Assembly: GCA_030066755.1 (NCBI GenBank)
Contig: JASJAX010000008.1
Coordinates: 13,958-77,957, forward strand
Origin: Acidimicrobiia bacterium
Lineage (GTDB): Bacteria > Actinomycetota > Acidimicrobiia > Spongiisociales > UBA5794
DNA length: 64,000 bases
Direction: 5' to 3'
The notes under the pieces are model-generated. The model saw only the letters and a list, made by a program, of their open reading frames with translations. It had not been told where the DNA came from and did no database searches. Position 1 is the first letter of the stretch. Every line of letters starts with the position of its first letter. Positions 59,683 to 64,000 of the stretch are shown piece after piece. The position numbers and the translations under genes were made by a program.

Positions 59683-60537
59683 ATGGACCCGTTTCGCCAC
59701 TCCGCACTCGCTCGACTCATCGATGTGCGCTACGCCTCGAATCGATTCGTCGTCATGGCTGCCGTCCTCGGGGGAATGGTGGCGTTCGGCTATCGCTGGA
59801 TCTCCGACGGAGCCGATCCATTCCTTTGGGCCTTTCGCGTGGGTGCCGCCACGTTCCTCGGTTGGGCCATCGCCCGTGAGCTCGATCCAGACCACCCGGT
59901 GTCGGCCGGTGTCGCAGCGATCGTCGCTGCGGGCGCCGTTGCCTTCGGTGCCCCCGAGATCGGCGCCGTCGCCGGATTCCTGATCGCGTTCCGGATCGCC
60001 GCGCGCACCACCGGAATGAGCGCCCATCCATGGGAGCTGGCCCTCGTGGTCGGTTTCGCCGGCTACCTCGCCGCCGGGCCGGCTTCGTGGCCTGCAGCCA
60101 TTGCGCTCGTGGGCGCCTTGTGGATCGACGGGGGCCATGCCCACGTGCCGCACCCGCCGGCACGAATCGCTGCCATTGTCGCCGCGTTCGTGGTCATCGC
60201 CGTGGCCGTCTTCACCTTCCCAGCCGACGTCTCTGCCGACGGAGGGTGGCTTGCCTTGGCGCTACTTCTCGCCGGAGCGGTCCTGGCGGGTGTTGCCGCG
60301 GCTCGCCTCCGTACGCCCACATCGACGGGCGATCGAGACCGTCAACCACTGTCTCGTGGCCGGGTGGCTCAGGCTCGTGCCCTCGCCGGGATTGCTCTTG
60401 TCGTCGCAGCAGTCCTCATGCCGGCCGACCCCGCAGCGTACGGCCCCCTCCTCGCCGCAGTACTCGCCGTCGCCGCAGTGTCGTTCACAACGCGAACCGT
60501 GGTATCCGCTTCGGATCCGGCGCCGCACCTCAGCTAG
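59683..60537 (+). CDS. Hypothetical membrane protein
   Basis: Multiple hydrophobic segments; WAIARELDPD motif. Confidence 0.65.
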   Translation: MDPFRHSALARLIDVRYASNRFVVMAAVLGGMVAFGYRWISDGADPFLWAFRVGAATFLGWAIARELDPDHPVSAGVAAIVAAGAVAFGAPEIGAVAGFLIAFRIAARTTGMSAHPWELALVVGFAGYLAAGPASWPAAIALVGALWIDGGHAHVPHPPARIAAIVAAFVVIAVAVFTFPADVSADGGWLALALLLAGAVLAGVAAARLRTPTSTGDRDRQPLSRGRVAQARALAGIALVVAAVLMPADPAAYGPLLAAVLAVAAVSFTTRTVVSASDPAPHLS

Positions 60538-60559
60538 CGGTCTGGCTACTGGCGACTGA

Positions 60560-61393
60560 CTAGAACAACGCGTTCGCCAGCCGCCGCCGGTACGGCGCAG
60601 TCAACGGGTGTCCATCGCCGAGCACATCGAAGATGTCGAGCATCGCCTCACGGGCATCGTCCTTACGCTCACCCTTCGCCTCCACGACGGCAATCAGGTG
60701 ATCCAGTGCAGGCTCGTACTGGCCCTTTCCCGCAAGCGCGTTCGCCAGCGCGATGCGATCAGCATCGCTGCCGGATTCGGCGAGCTTGGCCTCGAGGTCG
60801 CCGATATCGCTCCCGCTCGTGGCAGCGAGTCGGGCCGCCGCCTGAAGGCGTTCGACCTCCGCAGTGGGTGCCAGCTTGCCGAGCACGATCAACGCTTCCT
60901 CGGTCTCGCCGCGGGTGATGAGAAGCGAAGCGAGACCGGTGCCGGCCTCGATGTGGTCGGGCTGCATCGTGAGCACGCCTCGGAACCGGTCTTCGGCCAT
61001 CGCGAGGTTGCCTTCGAGGACGGCGTCGCGGGCCTCGTCCACCATGTGATCGAGTTCTGACGGCAGGAGCTCGTCGAGCCACTGGCGGAAGGATTCCTCG
61101 GGGATAGCGCCCGTGAAATGCGACACCGGAGCCCCGTGTCGAAACCCAACGACCATCGGGATCCCTTGAACGCCAAACTGACCTGCGAGCTGCTGGTTGG
61201 CGTCGACGTCGACTTTGACGAGTTCGAACGCGCCGTCCATTTCGTCGGCAACTCGCTCGAGAATCGGTCCGAGGACTTTGCAGGGTCCACACCACTCGGC
61301 CCAGAAGTCGACGACCACCGGGACCTCTTGAGAACGCTGGAGGACCGCCTCTGGGAATTCTGCCGTGGAAACGTCGCGAACGTGTGTTGCCAT
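60560..61393 (-). CDS. Thioredoxin-TPR chaperedoxin (YbbN/CnoX-like)
   Basis: DFWAEWCGPCK plus TPR region ending YRRRLANALF. Confidence 0.9.
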   Translation of the reverse strand: MATHVRDVSTAEFPEAVLQRSQEVPVVVDFWAEWCGPCKVLGPILERVADEMDGAFELVKVDVDANQQLAGQFGVQGIPMVVGFRHGAPVSHFTGAIPEESFRQWLDELLPSELDHMVDEARDAVLEGNLAMAEDRFRGVLTMQPDHIEAGTGLASLLITRGETEEALIVLGKLAPTAEVERLQAAARLAATSGSDIGDLEAKLAESGSDADRIALANALAGKGQYEPALDHLIAVVEAKGERKDDAREAMLDIFDVLGDGHPLTAPYRRRLANALF

Positions 61394-61487
61394 GGCCGGC
61401 AGGTTAGTGACGATACGGCACCAAAAAGCGCGCTGAGTGAGGCCGATGAGCACTCCAGAATCACGGACCCCTGCTACCGTCGCACGT

Positions 61488-62384
61488 ATGGAACATCGAC
61501 CCGACGCTCCCTTCGGCGACCTCCTCACCGCCGTACTCACACCCTTCGACGACAACGGTTCCGTCGACTACGCAACGTTCTGGAGATTGGTCAAGCACCT
61601 TGCCGAGAACGGATCAGATGGTCTCGTCATTGCCGGGACGACAGGCGAATCGCCCACACTGTCCCATGTCGAGAAGATCGCCCTGTTCAAGGCGGCAAAA
61701 GAGGCCGTTGGCGACCGCGTCAAGATCATCGCCGGGACGGGTACCTACAACACCAAAGTCTCGATCGAGCTCACCGAGCAGGCCGCTGAAGTCGGCTGCG
61801 ACGGGGTGATGGCCGTTACGCCCTATTACTCCAAGCCGCCGCAGGAGGGCATCTACCAACACTTCGTGGCGATCGCCGAGGCGACGGATCTCCCGGTCCT
61901 GCTCTACAACATCCCGGGTCGCACGGCCCGCCTGATCGACATCGAGACGCTCAGCCGGTTGGCAGAGCACCCGAAGATCCTCGCCGTGAAGGACGCCGTC
62001 GACGACCTCGAATGGACCGGGAAGGCCATCGCGGCGCTACCCGAGGGCTTTGCCGTCTACTCCGGATCGGACGGCATGACCAAGGGCATGCTCGATCTGG
62101 GCGGCGTCGGCGTGGTGTCGGTGGCGTCTCACCTCGCCGGCAACCACATCAAACGAATGGTGCAGGCCGCCAAGTCGGGCGACGACGACGAGGCCCAGCG
62201 ACTTCACGACGGGCTGTCCCCACTGTTCGATGCGCTGTTCCTCGAGCCCAACCCGATGCCGTTGAAGGCAGGGATGAACGCCCTCTGGGCGACCGTCGGT
62301 CAGCCGCGTTTGCCGTTGATCCCGGCCAGCGAGGAGACCGCAGCAAGCATCGAGCAAGCCATGGCAGCGGTCCAGGACCTGTGA
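61488..62384 (+). CDS. dapA: 4-hydroxy-tetrahydrodipicolinate synthase
   Basis: GTTGES, TPYYSKP, YNIPGRT, AVKDA, PNPMPLK. Confidence 0.95.
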   Translation: MEHRPDAPFGDLLTAVLTPFDDNGSVDYATFWRLVKHLAENGSDGLVIAGTTGESPTLSHVEKIALFKAAKEAVGDRVKIIAGTGTYNTKVSIELTEQAAEVGCDGVMAVTPYYSKPPQEGIYQHFVAIAEATDLPVLLYNIPGRTARLIDIETLSRLAEHPKILAVKDAVDDLEWTGKAIAALPEGFAVYSGSDGMTKGMLDLGGVGVVSVASHLAGNHIKRMVQAAKSGDDDEAQRLHDGLSPLFDALFLEPNPMPLKAGMNALWATVGQPRLPLIPASEETAASIEQAMAAVQDL

Positions 62385-62399
62385 CCCCTCTTCCGGCTC

Positions 62400-62434
62400 A
62401 CTCGCTACTCGCTCCTCGCTACTCGCCACTCACC
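62400..62434. repeat. Degenerate heptamer array (ACTCGCT)x5
   Basis: Reverse-complement type of the 449-481 array; sits directly before the rnj ATG. Confidence 0.8.
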
Positions 62435-62436
62435 TC

Positions 62437-64000
62437 ATGACCGTTGGCGTCACCTTCCTCGGCGGTCTCGGCGAGATCGGGCGGAACTGCGCCACGATCG
62501 AGATCGACGGCAAGCTGGCTCTCCTCGACGTGGGGTTGATGTTCCCTGAGGAGGACATGCTCGGGGTCGACCTCGTGCTCCCCGACTTCAGTTCGGTGCT
62601 CGAGCGCCGCGACGACGTCGAGTGTGTGGTGCTCACGCATGGTCACGAGGATCACGTTGGAGCTCTGGCGTACTTCCTGCGCGAGGTCAACGTCCCGGTG
62701 TTCGGAACCCCGCTCGCAGTGCAGTTCGCCAGAAGTCGGGTTGAGGAAATCGGGGTCGCTCCCGACCTTCACGCCGTCGACTTCCGAGAATGGGTCGAGG
62801 TCGGACCGTTCAAGTTCACGCTCGTCCAGGTTGCTCACTCGACTCCCCAGGCCGCCGGCGTGGTGTTCGACACACCGGAAGGCATCGTCGTCCACTCCGG
62901 GGACTTCAAGCTCGACCCCACGCCGATCGACGGCCAACCGACCGACCTCGCAACGTTCGCCGGGTTCGGGAGGCAGGGTGTCCGGCTGCTGATGGTCGAC
63001 AGCACCAATGCGGAGCGGGAGGGATTCGTGCCCTCGGAAGCCTCGCTCGGTCCCACGTTGGCCGATCACGTGCGCGGTGCGGATGGCCGTGTGATCCTGG
63101 CGTGCTTCGCAAGTCACGTTCATCGCGTCCAGCAGGCAATCGATGCTGTTGTCGATTCCGGGCGCAAGATGGCGTTCCTCGGTCGCTCGATGCTCCGCAA
63201 CACCGAGATCGCTTCAGGACTCGATCTCCTCGATGTTCCCGACGACGCAGTCGTCACGATGGACGAACTGGTCGACCTCCCGCCGGAGGAAACGGCCGTG
63301 ATCTGCACGGGGAGCCAGGGCGAGCCGTTTGCTGCGTTGTCGCTGATGGCATCCGGCAACCATCGCTCGCTGCATCTCGATGCGTCCGACACCGTCATCA
63401 TCTCGGCGACGCCGATTCCGGGCAACGAGACCAAGGTCGGGCGGGTGATCAACAATCTCAGCCGCCTCGGCGTGACACTGTTCCACGGGCGCAACTCGCA
63501 TGTGCATGTCTCCGGGCACGCCGCCGCCGATGAGCTGAGGACGTTCATGAACGTCATCCAGCCGCAGGCGGTCGTCCCGGTGCATGGCGAGCATCGCCAC
63601 CTCCGAGCGAATGCGGCGCTTGCCCGTCAGGTCGGAGTACCCGAGGTGGAAGTGCTCGTCGACGGGGATCGGGTGGTGCTCGAGGACGGTGGATTGCGTG
63701 TGGAGCGCGGAGCGGTACCGGCCGGGTACGTGTACCTCGATGGATACGGCATCGGCGATGTCGAGAACGTGCTGCGCGACCGCCGGCATCTCGCCGACGA
63801 CGGGGTCGTCATTGTGACGGTCGGGATCGAAGTGTCGTCGGGCGAGATCGTCTTCGGTCCGGACGTCGACAGCCATGGCGTCAGCGACGAAACCAAGGAG
63901 ATCCACGCCGAGGTCGAGCGCAGCGTCACCGACTCGTTGTCCCAACTCGATCTCCCAACCGACCTGGACACCGTGCGCGCCCGAGTCCGCTCGTCCGCCG
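62437..64000 (+). CDS. rnj: Ribonuclease J (truncated by the window end; absent from the ORF track)
   Basis: Manual translation: MTVGVTFLGGLGEIGRNC..LTHGHEDHVG..HSGDFK..DSTNA..GSQGEP..HVSGH..PVHGE. Confidence 0.93.
   Translation, partial: MTVGVTFLGGLGEIGRNCATIEIDGKLALLDVGLMFPEEDMLGVDLVLPDFSSVLERRDDVECVVLTHGHEDHVGALAYFLREVNVPVFGTPLAVQFARSRVEEIGVAPDLHAVDFREWVEVGPFKFTLVQVAHSTPQAAGVVFDTPEGIVVHSGDFKLDPTPIDGQPTDLATFAGFGRQGVRLLMVDSTNAEREGFVPSEASLGPTLADHVRGADGRVILACFASHVHRVQQAIDAVVDSGRKMAFLGRSMLRNTEIASGLDLLDVPDDAVVTMDELVDLPPEETAVICTGSQGEPFAALSLMASGNHRSLHLDASDTVIISATPIPGNETKVGRVINNLSRLGVTLFHGRNSHVHVSGHAAADELRTFMNVIQPQAVVPVHGEHRHLRANAALARQVGVPEVEVLVDGDRVVLEDGGLRVERGAVPAGYVYLDGYGIGDVENVLRDRRHLADDGVVIVTVGIEVSSGEIVFGPDVDSHGVSDETKEIHAEVERSVTDSLSQLDLPTDLDTVRARVRSSA

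Overview
High-GC bacterial chromosomal window. Gene content (F420-dependent LLM oxidoreductase, mycothiol-dependent-type enzyme, actinobacterial SerC, Lhr-Nei, M16 peptidase-dapB...dapA-rnj synteny, pervasive leaderless-type promoters) points to Actinomycetota, plausibly Acidimicrobiia (inference). About 60 CDS; I found no rRNA, tRNA, CRISPR array or transposase. Main highlights: (1) a 12-kb operon (658-12871) joining barbiturase, AllH/AllF/AllG-like (DUF2877/FdrA/DUF1116) genes, a three-subunit Mo-hydroxylase, a GNAT, a Cys-less thiolase + DUF35 pair and a UraA-type permease, suggesting an undescribed oxidative pyrimidine catabolic route; (2) a dispersed family of intergenic heptamer arrays, often as inverted pairs GTCNCAR...YTGNGAC, one pair of which encloses a four-helix-bundle (23S-IVP/Avd-like) gene while others are empty; (3) a GrdB/PrdB-like selenoprotein split in the ORF track by an in-frame UGA (UxxC) followed by a SECIS-like hairpin; (4) a vWA/HExxH + MoxR-type AAA+ pair whose Walker A/B residues look reciprocally swapped (GKD / SE); (5) an AroQ-alpha/beta-hydrolase fusion; (6) a 155-nt structured intergenic element upstream of lhr. 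Family assignments come from motif recognition by eye, not from database searches.
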